Shown here: piece after piece, positions 18,901-27,539 of the stretch
Numbering within the stretch: position 1 is the stretch's first letter
Layout of the letters: the number at the start of each line of letters is the position of its first letter
From: Sedimentisphaerales bacterium
GTDB taxonomy: Bacteria > Planctomycetota > Phycisphaerae > Sedimentisphaerales > SM23-30
Direction: 5' to 3' (one strand)
Assembly (NCBI GenBank): GCA_963666285.1
Contig: OY762711.1
Length of the DNA stretch: 64,000 nt
The notes under the pieces: model-generated
The model's database searches: none
What the model was told of the DNA's origin: nothing
Seen by the model: the letters and a program-made list of their open reading frames with translations, nothing else
Position numbers and translations under genes: made by a program

Positions 18901-19488
18901 AACAAGGTCATATACCTGTCCATTACTTGACAAAAGCCATGCCTTTTTTGTTTCTACTATTGGGGTGCTGTTGATTTTGTTGTAAAGAGCTTTAAAGGCA
19001 GAAGTATTTTCTGCTTTTCGTTTAATGGAATTTTCGGCAGTAGTTCTAGTACCCCACTTTGATCTGACTCGGTCAATTTCAAAAGAATGTAACATCCTAC
19101 CGCAATCACATAATACCCCTTCATAAAGGTAATGAGAGTATTCATTGTCTTTACGTAAAGCATCATATTTTAATTTGGCGGCTAGAAGAAAAAAAAGTTC
19201 TCCGACACGATGTTTATCTATGCACTGGGCACGCCTGCCATCAAAGTCCTCTTCATCGTACATTATTTCATTGTATATTCGCAGAATATGAGATTCATAG
19301 CTTATGGCTATTGAATCATAAGGATTTATCTTGTTATTCTCAGCAGTATCGGGTGATACAAGCCAATCTTGATTTAAATATAAGTTTAGATGATACTCCT
19401 TAGGCTTGTAATCATCATTCATCTTCCTTTTGCTTATATATAAATCTCTCAGTATTTTGTGAAGAACATAACTCATAGCGAATCTCAT
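15964..19488 (-). CDS. NACHT NTPase with C-terminal HEAT repeats
   Basis: ILSSDTGFGKT, VFLIDGLDQ, IASRP, IPML, FNHQSYQEYLAA; HEAT repeats such as LSDSEWSVRVEALRAI and LEDDSSEVRCVAIKAV. Confidence 0.9.
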   Translation of the reverse strand: MRFAMSYVLHKILRDLYISKRKMNDDYKPKEYHLNLYLNQDWLVSPDTAENNKINPYDSIAISYESHILRIYNEIMYDEEDFDGRRAQCIDKHRVGELFFLLAAKLKYDALRKDNEYSHYLYEGVLCDCGRMLHSFEIDRVRSKWGTRTTAENSIKRKAENTSAFKALYNKINSTPIVETKKAWLLSSNGQVYDLVNFTGNYSNLAAGWLCALPENVTFMDNGGNQIEGVKLRQLLDVLFGKCLFDEDELIKQYRQLGIKGKLKKILNTDLLTEKAPDDKQFVTFCNNIKYEASEHLTARLYGKEPISMVVEIGLVDDSNKSTRSWNILNIAELLNLHGKYILSSDTGFGKTIFLRDLQLNILKSDYGLIPIFLDADNIANFNLSKRNTSTFLKQVAQLFDGYLGSENVEHFLLKYRERIVFLIDGLDQIDGYGTTYVNLAEKILTTISDKIVIASRPSAVSHLEQDGQASFLRLRPFTPRLVNEYFGDDYKAAKELCINCPEMLTIPMLAYMVQTLIDKDLTQEVVNRSGLYERFINYLLDPLQYRHESLNLGIGEITDIRKAYEKISYDAIANKQHCLQNIPLKIAHQSLGIHLDRLPKLGLANLFSNTNNKSFVFNHQSYQEYLAAVYCSENGESFALVLQEKWNPKWKEVLKFITGIKGQNIIADILDEDDNAIHSKLFLAAELVPEVKYISQKVKNKIVNKLEDLLDDSLFASEAIRHLCYVDIDKAIVQLETKNEHAYDYLTLEEMVRLQGRKVVTHLQKDICGSNPVIVHFALSGFRHLKDYIDEEIISEIAALIENADGMIASSAIDTLRVLKDKINSDIAVRIISQIRNKSAYVQHSVISFLAEYKVKIGDQDNEIVTMITEMLNDKKIDQYWPMLAIAEIKEHISDKNANTLLRRHRSKKANIRCAAIKALAKMLDRYEANVADLIVNKLSDSEWSVRVEALRAIEQSNDIKKAISPKAMKSIINHLGHPDSAVRSVMIYTLGELHQYLKDNFPKAVTAILEKLDDLNKEVRSEAVDSLRIMINSSHKEIVESLIRKLEDDSSEVRCVAIKAVEELFHKDILTANDVFMTIKHMLGDPEQKVVIKTLMTMKTLDLEYDSHTISIFKSLGSSPDKRIAHLAIELLGNDSQDQIEDIARRNLLTISDRDDLYSLKRLYESGALENS

Positions 19489-19635
19489 AAATATGGCTAA
19501 AATTAATGTAGCCCTGCATTAGTTGTCCGTAAGAAAGAGACTGATTATATCTGATAACACAGGCTGTGACAAGATTTTATATGCTTGCTGGCGAAATCAA
19601 AAGGGATTTCTACGTTGATCAGCAAGAATGTATGT

Positions 19636-20091
19636 TTAATGACGTCCAGTTATGTGATATCTATGATAAATATGTTCATTCTCGGGAGCTGACAATATTG
19701 CCATAGCATCCACGTTGAACCCCATAGAAGCATAACATTTTCCCAATCTTCTATGTGACTCGAGATCTTCTAACGCCATATTCTTATAAGCTTTCTTAAA
19801 ATCATTACAGGCATCTATTAATCTACGTATATTCCTATTTTTATTGTCTCGCTTTGATTTTTCGTACAATTCTTCAGAAAACCCCAAACCAAACCCACAT
19901 TTTAACTTGTACAGATGAAAAATATCCCCTGAATGATCAAAATCTTCTGGGAGAACCAAACAATCGTGGGTTTCTATTTTATCAACAATGCCTTTGAAAT
20001 CATGTTTTGCACCATAGTAATTTTCAAACCAAAGACAGGACATGGCCTCCTCATAATTAGCTTTCATAGTTGAATATGGATAAGTTGTCAT
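19636..20091 (-). CDS. Hypothetical helical (TPR-like) protein
   Basis: 151-aa ORF, no confident family. Confidence 0.5.
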   Translation of the reverse strand: MTTYPYSTMKANYEEAMSCLWFENYYGAKHDFKGIVDKIETHDCLVLPEDFDHSGDIFHLYKLKCGFGLGFSEELYEKSKRDNKNRNIRRLIDACNDFKKAYKNMALEDLESHRRLGKCYASMGFNVDAMAILSAPENEHIYHRYHITGRH

Positions 20092-20274
20092 CAGGTAGTG
20101 GGAAATTTGAGTCTTTATAAAAATTGTGTTTGAGGTGATTTTGTAATCATGCTTTCAGGGTGAAAAAACAGTTTTCACCTTCCATAATTACCTCATGAAA
20201 TCACCTTTTTACTCCTTTAAATTGAGATCTGAGCATTAGATTAGTCAATTAACCCAATTTTAAAGGAACGTAAA

Positions 20275-20715
20275 ATGAGCCAAATCGATCTTAAAAATAA
20301 CACTACAATTATCAGCAATATTTCCAAATATGTGGTCAGTGACATCATTTTCACTTGTCCTGACGGTTTTACTTTGGATTTATTTAGCTTTGATAAGCCA
20401 ATGCTCGCCAGAAGGTTCAATCCTGAACAATACATGGTGTCACTTGCTGGGTATGAACAAAAGTATGCGGGTATCCCAACCTATCAAGATATCTCATCAT
20501 GGCTGACTGAAAACTACGAACAAGCTACACGTTTTGGACAGTATGTCGGTGGCTGGTCAGACCAAGACCTTTTCTACTTTGACATTTCTATCGCAATTAG
20601 TGGTTTGGGAAATGCTTTAGAGGTAGCCAGAACCAACCAACAATTGGCTATATACCATCCTGCTACATCTGGGACGATTCATATTTCAGATCATATTTTG
20701 CAGGCAACTGCTTAA
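20275..20715 (+). CDS. Hypothetical protein of a phage/MGE-type family
   Basis: AAGGA SD; motif YVGGW...YFDIS...A..NQQLAIY. Confidence 0.7.
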   Translation: MSQIDLKNNTTIISNISKYVVSDIIFTCPDGFTLDLFSFDKPMLARRFNPEQYMVSLAGYEQKYAGIPTYQDISSWLTENYEQATRFGQYVGGWSDQDLFYFDISIAISGLGNALEVARTNQQLAIYHPATSGTIHISDHILQATA

Positions 20716-20742
20716 TCATATCCACAGAAAGGTGTCCAATTA

Positions 20743-20919
20743 ATGTCTTGGAAACAAAAAATCACTGACAGTATTCCTGACTTATTCAGGCTAATTATGG
20801 CTTTTATTTTCTGGCTGATCCTGCTGGTGTGGGTGTTGTTTATTCTCTGGCTCTCATGGAAAACAGTGCCTCAGTTAATGGACTATCTCAGCAGGACAAT
20901 ATTTTCAAAATCATGGTAA
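20743..20919 (+). CDS. 58-aa membrane protein (not in ORF track)
   Basis: MSWKQKITDSIPDLFRLIMAFIFWLILLVWVLFILWLSWKTVPQLMDYLSRTIFSKSW; AAAGGTG SD. Confidence 0.65.
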   Translation: MSWKQKITDSIPDLFRLIMAFIFWLILLVWVLFILWLSWKTVPQLMDYLSRTIFSKSW

Positions 20920-20928
20920 GGAAGGTGA

Positions 20929-21339
20929 ATGATGGAATCCCCACTTAGACGAAAAAAGAAAATCACTGTCATTCGAGACCCTAAAACAGGTGAAGATAGG
21001 GTTGTTAAATCACTCGAAGAAAAGAATGTGTTTCTGGACGGCTCACTTGATTCAACAGAAGTCGAGGTACTTGTTCCGCTCAAGTGCGGTTGTATCAATA
21101 AGGAAATAGCAGGTACCTGCTTCCAGTGCGGCAATGTTGTATGTGCCGACCATATTTACTTCTGTGCAGACCCCTGTTGCTGTCAGCCACTTTGCTCAGA
21201 ACATGTCTACTTCGTTGACTCTGAAAAAAACGGCAAACTGCCCATGTGTAAATTTCATTTTAAAGCACATAGACGCAAGACAAGCAACCGTAAAATTCGC
21301 AACTTCCTTCTGGCACCATTTTTTGAGTTTGAGGATTAA
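20929..21339 (+). CDS. Cys/His-rich multi zinc-finger protein
   Basis: CGC...CFQC...CADH...C...CCC..LCSEH...MCKFH. Confidence 0.7.
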   Translation: MMESPLRRKKKITVIRDPKTGEDRVVKSLEEKNVFLDGSLDSTEVEVLVPLKCGCINKEIAGTCFQCGNVVCADHIYFCADPCCCQPLCSEHVYFVDSEKNGKLPMCKFHFKAHRRKTSNRKIRNFLLAPFFEFED

Positions 21340-21341
21340 TC

Positions 21342-21557
21342 ATGAAGAAATCTTATCCATATTTGGCAGAGGAAATCGCATGGGCCAAAGAACAGGGACT
21401 ATTCAACGACACAAAAGGCAAAGCTTTAATCCGTCTTTGGGAAGAGAAGCTCGTTGATGAAACGGTTGCCGGGATGATTATGTATCGCATCCAAAAAGCT
21501 CAGCTTCGAGAACTGTTTAACGAGCATCCATTCAAAACACCGGAGGGCAAAATATGA
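21342..21557 (+). CDS. Small hypothetical protein coupled to the ATPase
   Basis: GAGGA SD; ATGA overlap with 21554. Confidence 0.65.
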   Translation: MKKSYPYLAEEIAWAKEQGLFNDTKGKALIRLWEEKLVDETVAGMIMYRIQKAQLRELFNEHPFKTPEGKI

Positions 21558-23002
21558 TTATAGGCTATAACAACAGAAGAAAACCGGTGATAGTTGATCC
21601 TCAGATTTTAGCAGAACACATGCTTATTACTGCTGGCAGCGGTGCTGGTAAAACTAATTTGCTGATTTTTTTCATAATGCAGCTTGCTGCTGCAATCTAC
21701 GGTATGTGGATATTTGATTTCCGCAAGCGTGAATTTTCACCTATTAAATCAGCGTTAAAGCGGAAAGGCATAGATCTAATTGTCCTGTCCGGCGATCTAT
21801 TAAGATTTAATATGCTCCAACCACCTGTGGGAGTAAGCACAAATATCTGGGCGGTAATCATATCTGACTTGCTTTGCGAAGCGATGGTTTTACCCCAGCG
21901 AGCGAGCAAGCTGCTCCAAACTAGGATCATGAAACTCTACTCAGCATTTGGCGGTCATGAGCAGATGGAAAAGCAGAAGTCTTATCCCAATCTGTTTGAT
22001 TTGTCAGACTCAATCAAAAGTGATATGAAAGCCAATTATCAGGCGTCTCGAGCAGTAATCGATAATTTGGAACCCTTGCTGATTGCTCATGGTGATATTC
22101 TGGCTTGTAGGTACGGCTGGCCGGTTTCAGAATTGACTGACAAACACATTGTATTTGAACTAAACGGCCTGCTTGAAACCGCAAAAAATCTTGTATTGGG
22201 TTTTGTACTAATATCTGAATTCACTCGCAGGATTGAACTTGGTTTCAGCAATGTACCTTTAAGTCTTGTTGCAATTTGTGACGAAGCTCAAAGGCTGATT
22301 TCATCAGCCGGTTCTATTGGCGCAAATGTAATTAAGTCGCAAGTAGGGCTTATCAGGGGGACTGGACTCGGTATGCTTTTCTCAGCCCAGAGCAGCCACG
22401 ACATTATTCCCGAAATTATCTCCAATACGGCAACCAAGGTAATGGGTAGATGCGGCAGTTTTCAAGATTACAATTCTATGGGTAAGGCAATGGGACAGGA
22501 TCACAGACAAATCAAATGGTCTCAAAAAAATCTCAAAGCTGGGAAATTTGTAGCCCAGTTTGCCGGTAGTAGTTTTAGAGAGCCGTTCGTTTTTACTGTT
22601 CCTGATATGGCCAGCAGCAAAGACAAGAACCCTCAGCCAGCCGACAGCACTTCACTTGATTACCTTCAAGCTATATCAATGCAGACCGAATCTGAGGTTC
22701 AGAAAGATCAGGCCCAGGGTCAATCTCAGCACAGCGAACCTGCTCATTTATTTGAGACCCCGCAGGAATATCGACTCTGCAAGGTCATCGCTGACAGTCC
22801 AATGCAGCCAAGCAGTTCATATTACAAACTCGCCGGAATCAGTTCTAAAACCGCGATGAAAGTTCGCAAGTCGCTGGCGGCCAAAAAATATCTCAAAGAA
22901 CACTCACTGGGCACCGGCACAACCGGCAGGAGCAAGATTCTAATGGAAGCAACCGCTGCCGGTGTTGAAGCAATCAAAGCATATGAAAGGCAGGGTAATT
23001 AA
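21554..23002 (+). CDS. Second HerA/DUF87-like ATPase with C-terminal wHTH
   Basis: Walker A AGSGAGKT, Walker B AICDEAQ, SAQS. Confidence 0.83.
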   Translation: MIIGYNNRRKPVIVDPQILAEHMLITAGSGAGKTNLLIFFIMQLAAAIYGMWIFDFRKREFSPIKSALKRKGIDLIVLSGDLLRFNMLQPPVGVSTNIWAVIISDLLCEAMVLPQRASKLLQTRIMKLYSAFGGHEQMEKQKSYPNLFDLSDSIKSDMKANYQASRAVIDNLEPLLIAHGDILACRYGWPVSELTDKHIVFELNGLLETAKNLVLGFVLISEFTRRIELGFSNVPLSLVAICDEAQRLISSAGSIGANVIKSQVGLIRGTGLGMLFSAQSSHDIIPEIISNTATKVMGRCGSFQDYNSMGKAMGQDHRQIKWSQKNLKAGKFVAQFAGSSFREPFVFTVPDMASSKDKNPQPADSTSLDYLQAISMQTESEVQKDQAQGQSQHSEPAHLFETPQEYRLCKVIADSPMQPSSSYYKLAGISSKTAMKVRKSLAAKKYLKEHSLGTGTTGRSKILMEATAAGVEAIKAYERQGN

Positions 23003-23003
23003 C

Positions 23004-23456
23004 ATGAGAGGACAATCTTTACATGATCTTTCAGCCCAAAAAACAGCTAACTTCTTGGAGTCAGACGGCTGGAAGGTCAGACTGGAATATCCAATACATA
23101 TGGCAGATGGCAGGAAAAACTATGCAGATATTGCGGCATGGAAATCAGGTAAAATGCTTCTTTGCGAAATTGAGACGAGTACACGTCACATGTTGGATAA
23201 CATATTCAAAGCCGCCGCTTTGAACCTGCCCCTTATCGTAATTTTACCCAATAGCAAAACGCTAAATGCCGCTAAACGCAAGTACAAAAGGTGGAAAAAG
23301 CCGCCCCGAAGTCCGCCAGTTATTTTTCTGCTGATTTCTCAATTATCAGCCCAGAAAACGCGTTTTTGGTTGGAAAAGCATTGTTTTTCCACCGGCGAAT
23401 ACAGAAACGGAAACACTGGAAAAAAGGAAAAATACCATGAAAACACACAAAAATAA
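23004..23456 (+). CDS. PD-(D/E)XK nuclease-like protein
   Basis: LHD...GWKVRLEY...ADIAAWK...LCEIETS; start re-called at MRGQ. Confidence 0.7.
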   Translation: MRGQSLHDLSAQKTANFLESDGWKVRLEYPIHMADGRKNYADIAAWKSGKMLLCEIETSTRHMLDNIFKAAALNLPLIVILPNSKTLNAAKRKYKRWKKPPRSPPVIFLLISQLSAQKTRFWLEKHCFSTGEYRNGNTGKKEKYHENTQK

Positions 23457-23658
23457 TCTAACACGGTTTGCTGCTGCGATTCTTTGCTGTGTTTTGGCTC
23501 TGGTCGGAATCAGTAACATCCTGGCCTTCTTCGAAGCAGTTGCAAATCCCGGAAGATCGGGAAATGAACCGGCAGAAATATTAATCGGAGGCATGCTCTT
23601 TTCGCTGATTCTTTTGGCGGTCGCAGGAGTATGCAGAATCTTTTTCGAGAGAGACTAA
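23437..23658 (+). CDS. Small two-TM membrane protein
   Basis: Two hydrophobic segments. Confidence 0.6.
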   Translation: MKTHKNNLTRFAAAILCCVLALVGISNILAFFEAVANPGRSGNEPAEILIGGMLFSLILLAVAGVCRIFFERD

Positions 23659-23684
23659 CCATCATATTAAAAGGACATTTAACA

Positions 23685-24824
23685 ATGAAATTACAAAATC
23701 TAAAAGCTTATTCCGACATTGGCGGTCGCAAAGACCAGCAGGACAATTACCTTCTCTGGCAGTCCAGAGATAAGCGGCTTAAATGCATGGCCGTTCTAGA
23801 TGGTGCTGGCGGCTGCGGTCATGGAGCCAAGGCCAGCAAGTTAGCTAAAATAATTATTGAGTCAAATCTAAAGAAACTTTCAGCTGAAATATCGCCCGAT
23901 AATCTGGCAAAGTGCCTTGCTGCAATTGCTGTCAGGGCACACAGAGCCCTGCTGGCATTTACAGAAGAATCTCCAGAAACCGAGGGCATGGCAACAACTC
24001 TTGTACTTGGCTGTATTCAGGATGATTATGCTCATATCACCTGGGTCGGTGACAGCCGGGCATATTTATACCGTCAGGATAATCTGACCTGTCTGACTTC
24101 TGATCACAGCCAAGTCAATGAGTTTGTGATTCGCAGAATGATTACTCATGAACAGGCAAGAGTAAGTTCGGAAAAGAATCGAATTACTCGAGCTATTGGC
24201 GCTTCTAATCATCAGCCCGATGGCCTTACTGTCAAGCTGGAAGATAGTGATGAGATTCTACTAGTAACAGATGGTGTCATAGACGTTCTTTCCGACACTA
24301 AAATTCAGGAAATCATGACAGATGCCAAAGATTACGACAAGGCCGAGGCGATAGTCGAATCTGCTGTCACCAGCGGCACTCGTGACAACACCACCGCCAT
24401 CTGGTATCAGCACGATTTGAAATCGACTGATCCGGTCAATAATAACTATCAGCTTCAGGCTGCCAGAGCTGCCGAGATTCCTGTTGCCCCTGCGGACACA
24501 GAGCAGTCTTACAGGATAGATGTTGTTGACAACTATGGCAATAAGCAAAGCTGTAATGTTGTAGATGAGGATGTCGTCATCGGCAGAAGTGTTCGGGCAG
24601 GAGTTTCTATACCTGGTGATCCATATCTAAACCCCAATCACCTGCGAATCCAGAAAGATGGCGATGCGTTTATCGTGTCTGACCTTGATACTCATAACGG
24701 CTGTTTTTTGAGACTGACTGGTAAACCGATGAAGCTCAAAGCTCCTTTTGAATTATTGATAGGCACTCAGCGTTTAAGTCTTTCAACCAACGAAAAAGGA
24801 GGTGAATCTGATGTTGCTCACTAA
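23685..24824 (+). CDS. PP2C-family Ser/Thr phosphatase with C-terminal FHA domain
   Basis: GRKDQQD, VLDGAGG, VGDSRAY, DHS, TDG, RDNTT; FHA-like IGR...H...NG; start at MKLQN after AAGGA. Confidence 0.92.
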   Translation: MKLQNLKAYSDIGGRKDQQDNYLLWQSRDKRLKCMAVLDGAGGCGHGAKASKLAKIIIESNLKKLSAEISPDNLAKCLAAIAVRAHRALLAFTEESPETEGMATTLVLGCIQDDYAHITWVGDSRAYLYRQDNLTCLTSDHSQVNEFVIRRMITHEQARVSSEKNRITRAIGASNHQPDGLTVKLEDSDEILLVTDGVIDVLSDTKIQEIMTDAKDYDKAEAIVESAVTSGTRDNTTAIWYQHDLKSTDPVNNNYQLQAARAAEIPVAPADTEQSYRIDVVDNYGNKQSCNVVDEDVVIGRSVRAGVSIPGDPYLNPNHLRIQKDGDAFIVSDLDTHNGCFLRLTGKPMKLKAPFELLIGTQRLSLSTNEKGGESDVAH

Positions 24825-25994
24825 TGGACATAGGGTATTAAACATTTTGAGGTTGTGAAACCACGAGGCGAAGGTGGACAGGCCTACACCTATGAAGGTA
24901 TTGACATCCGGACAAACAATAAAGTTCTGATCAAAGCCAGAAAATCGTCAAGCAACAATGCCGCTGCAATCGAAAGGTTCAAACGTGAAGGTGCAGTTTG
25001 TCTCATCGACCCTCACGTTGTAATGCCGATTGCCGGTGATGGAGATTATATCGTGTTCCCATTCATTGACGCTTTAAGCCTTGAGGAAATAATGAACGAT
25101 GGGAAGTATCTGCTCAAAAGCGATGATGCATTGATCATTATGGTAAAGATTGCTCAGGCCGCTGCCGCAATACATCAGAATAACATGATCCACCGCGACA
25201 TCAAAACGGCAAACATCCTTTACAATCCTGAGACTAAGCTGGTATATCTGATTGATTTTGGAGCCGCTAAGCATTTTGACCTGCCGACGATGACAAAATG
25301 TGACAATGTAATCGCCAGTCCATTGTTTGCTTCGCCGGAGCAGCTTAATAACCCATCAAAGGTTGATGCAAGAAGCGATATATTCTCGCTTGGCTGTACT
25401 GGTTACAAAATCCTTACTAACACCGATGCTTTTGAGGGGGCAACTATTGCTGAGATCACAACCAAGGTACTCAATGATACGCCGCTTCCTATACGTCACT
25501 TTAATCCTGGAGCCCCAGAGATTCTGGTCAGTACAATAGAACGAATGATGGCCAAGGATCCAGATGACAGGTTTTCCAGTATGGATGAAGTTATCATTCA
25601 TCTGACCGGCCAGAAATCTCAAAGCACCGACGGTTATTACTGCCTTGCATGCGGCCATAAAAGCGGCCCTGAATCATGTCCGTCATGCAGTCGCAAATTT
25701 CTGGATAAGAAGCTGGTGGTCAGGACACCTGAAAACCAAAGGCGTATCTACAGCATACCAATTGGTGATTACTGTGTTGGTCGTGAGCAGCTGGGAAATC
25801 AAATGCATGTATCCAAGAGTCATTGTAATTTTAAAGTCAGTTCAAATGGCTCTATTCGCATCTGTGACAATCACAGCACGAACAAGACATACGTAAATCG
25901 GCAGTATGTAACACAGCCGGTGGTGGTTTTACAAAGCGATGTAATCGAAATAGCAGATTTAACGGCGTTTGTCGTAAACGCAAAAGCTAACTAA
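24811..25994 (+). CDS. Ser/Thr protein kinase-zinc ribbon-FHA; 5' end appears frameshifted
   Basis: GEGGQAYTY, HRDIKTAN, DFG, SPEQ, DIFSLG, CxxC...CxxC, FHA VGR..SKSH..STN. Strong SD and ATG at 24811 are out of frame with the main ORF (24855). Confidence 0.85.
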
Positions 25995-26016
25995 CTATTT
26001 TTACAGGAGATTTATC

Positions 26017-26703
26017 ATGGAAAACAACACTAAAATTATGACCAGTCTGGCCATTAATTCGGATCAGTCCTTTGACCATCGTGGGCAAACGGTAATCGAC
26101 ACTTCGATTATAGATCGACCTTCCCAGGAACTGATTCATGCGGTTGGGCAACGCAGATGGATTTATGTGCCGGACAACTCTGGAAGTATGAATGAAATGT
26201 GCGAAAATGCATGTACGAAAATCATGGCCTTGATATATGGTTTAGTACAGAGTATCGGGGTGGCCGCAAGGCTTATGCCTGACGGAGAAATTGCTTTAAT
26301 CTCTTTCAACAGCAAAGCTACAACTGTATGTGACTTTGTGAATATTGAAGAAGGTTATTCACAGCTGATAGATGCAACACAAAGTCTTAAAGCAGGCGGC
26401 AATACAAACATCCCGCGAGCTTTGGAAGCAGCTCTTAGTCTGCTTGGAAAAGATGCAGGCCCAAACGATACGATTATCTTGATGACCGACGGTCATGGCG
26501 GCAACGGCGTCCCAGTCGCTGAAAAAATCAAAAAACTTGGTGTAACTATCAAGGTCATGGGTTTTGGCAAGAAACCATCAGATGTAAATGAAACGATGCT
26601 GAAAAAAGTTGCTTCTGTTGCAGATGGCAAGCCGCTTTATACGTTTGACACTGACAAGAGAGGCTTTACAAAAACAATGATCGAAAACACTGTTACGCAG
26701 TAA
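26017..26703 (+). CDS. vWA domain protein
   Basis: MIDAS DNSGSM, GGNTN, LMTDG. Confidence 0.9.
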   Translation: MENNTKIMTSLAINSDQSFDHRGQTVIDTSIIDRPSQELIHAVGQRRWIYVPDNSGSMNEMCENACTKIMALIYGLVQSIGVAARLMPDGEIALISFNSKATTVCDFVNIEEGYSQLIDATQSLKAGGNTNIPRALEAALSLLGKDAGPNDTIILMTDGHGGNGVPVAEKIKKLGVTIKVMGFGKKPSDVNETMLKKVASVADGKPLYTFDTDKRGFTKTMIENTVTQ

Positions 26704-26714
26704 AGGAAAAAGCC

Positions 26715-26945
26715 ATGTCGATTTTGGAAACACTAGATATTGTGCTTAAAACTTTCTTTTGGTTGGCGATTGTTGTAGTTCTTGGATTTATCGCTTCGAG
26801 TATGTTTTTTGCAGTTCTCGAAGGGTTAAAAACATTTCGTGAAGAACTCCGGAAATTCAAGGACAGCAGCGGCACTCAAAACCAAATATCACATAACCCA
26901 AACAATAATTCTGATGGTTATGGAAATCAAACAGTAGAAGATTAA
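26715..26945 (+). CDS. Small membrane protein
   Basis: Single TM helix, AAGGA SD. Confidence 0.6.
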   Translation: MSILETLDIVLKTFFWLAIVVVLGFIASSMFFAVLEGLKTFREELRKFKDSSGTQNQISHNPNNNSDGYGNQTVED

Positions 26946-26965
26946 CTCGTAAATAATAACCTAAA

Positions 26966-26995
26966 GCCGGACACTTCAGATGTGAGGTGTCCGGC
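26966..26995. other. GC-rich intergenic hairpin without U tract
   Basis: GCCGGACACTTCA-GATG-TGAGGTGTCCGGC. Confidence 0.55.
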
Positions 26996-27015
26996 ATATC
27001 TGAAAGGAATTTATT

Positions 27016-27336
27016 ATGGCTGTAATTACTTCATTTGTCATTTTCTTAATGGTTGTATATTTCGTATTAAAATCAACAGGGCTGAATCTTGACTACAATA
27101 AGATGGCATATATGGGCCTTTTGATAGTTGTCATCAGCCTTTTGGGATTAATACAACCTGATCTGCTGAAAAAATCTTTTACATTGCTGGATGTCGCAAG
27201 CGTCATTTTTATATGTACAGCTCTAACAATTGCTGTAAGCAATATTATCAGTCTCACCGACAACATAGTTAGGTGGCTTAAAAACAGGTCAATTGCTCGC
27301 AATTCCCAGAGAACAACTGATGTCAATAGTAAATAA
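27016..27336 (+). CDS. Small three-TM membrane protein
   Basis: Three hydrophobic segments, AAGGA SD. Confidence 0.6.
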   Translation: MAVITSFVIFLMVVYFVLKSTGLNLDYNKMAYMGLLIVVISLLGLIQPDLLKKSFTLLDVASVIFICTALTIAVSNIISLTDNIVRWLKNRSIARNSQRTTDVNSK

Positions 27337-27535
27337 GCTAGCAGAAGTCGGCAACATTGACCAGCGTCTTGATGAACTTGCCATGCTGTTTGGAACGGCC
27401 ATATTACGGCTCCACCAGCGGCAAGCTTTACTTCCTGATAATAGTGTAATATTTCATCAGAATCGACTTGCTATCTCCTGCGATTCAGTGATGAATGTGA
27501 CACAACAGTTAACTCATCAACCTAAACAGGAGTAA
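27320..27535 (+). CDS. Small protein preceding DUF2924
   Basis: RLDELAMLFGTAILRL, of the type that precedes DUF2924 genes. Confidence 0.55.
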   Translation: MSIVNKLAEVGNIDQRLDELAMLFGTAILRLHQRQALLPDNSVIFHQNRLAISCDSVMNVTQQLTHQPKQE

Positions 27536-27539
27536 ATGA

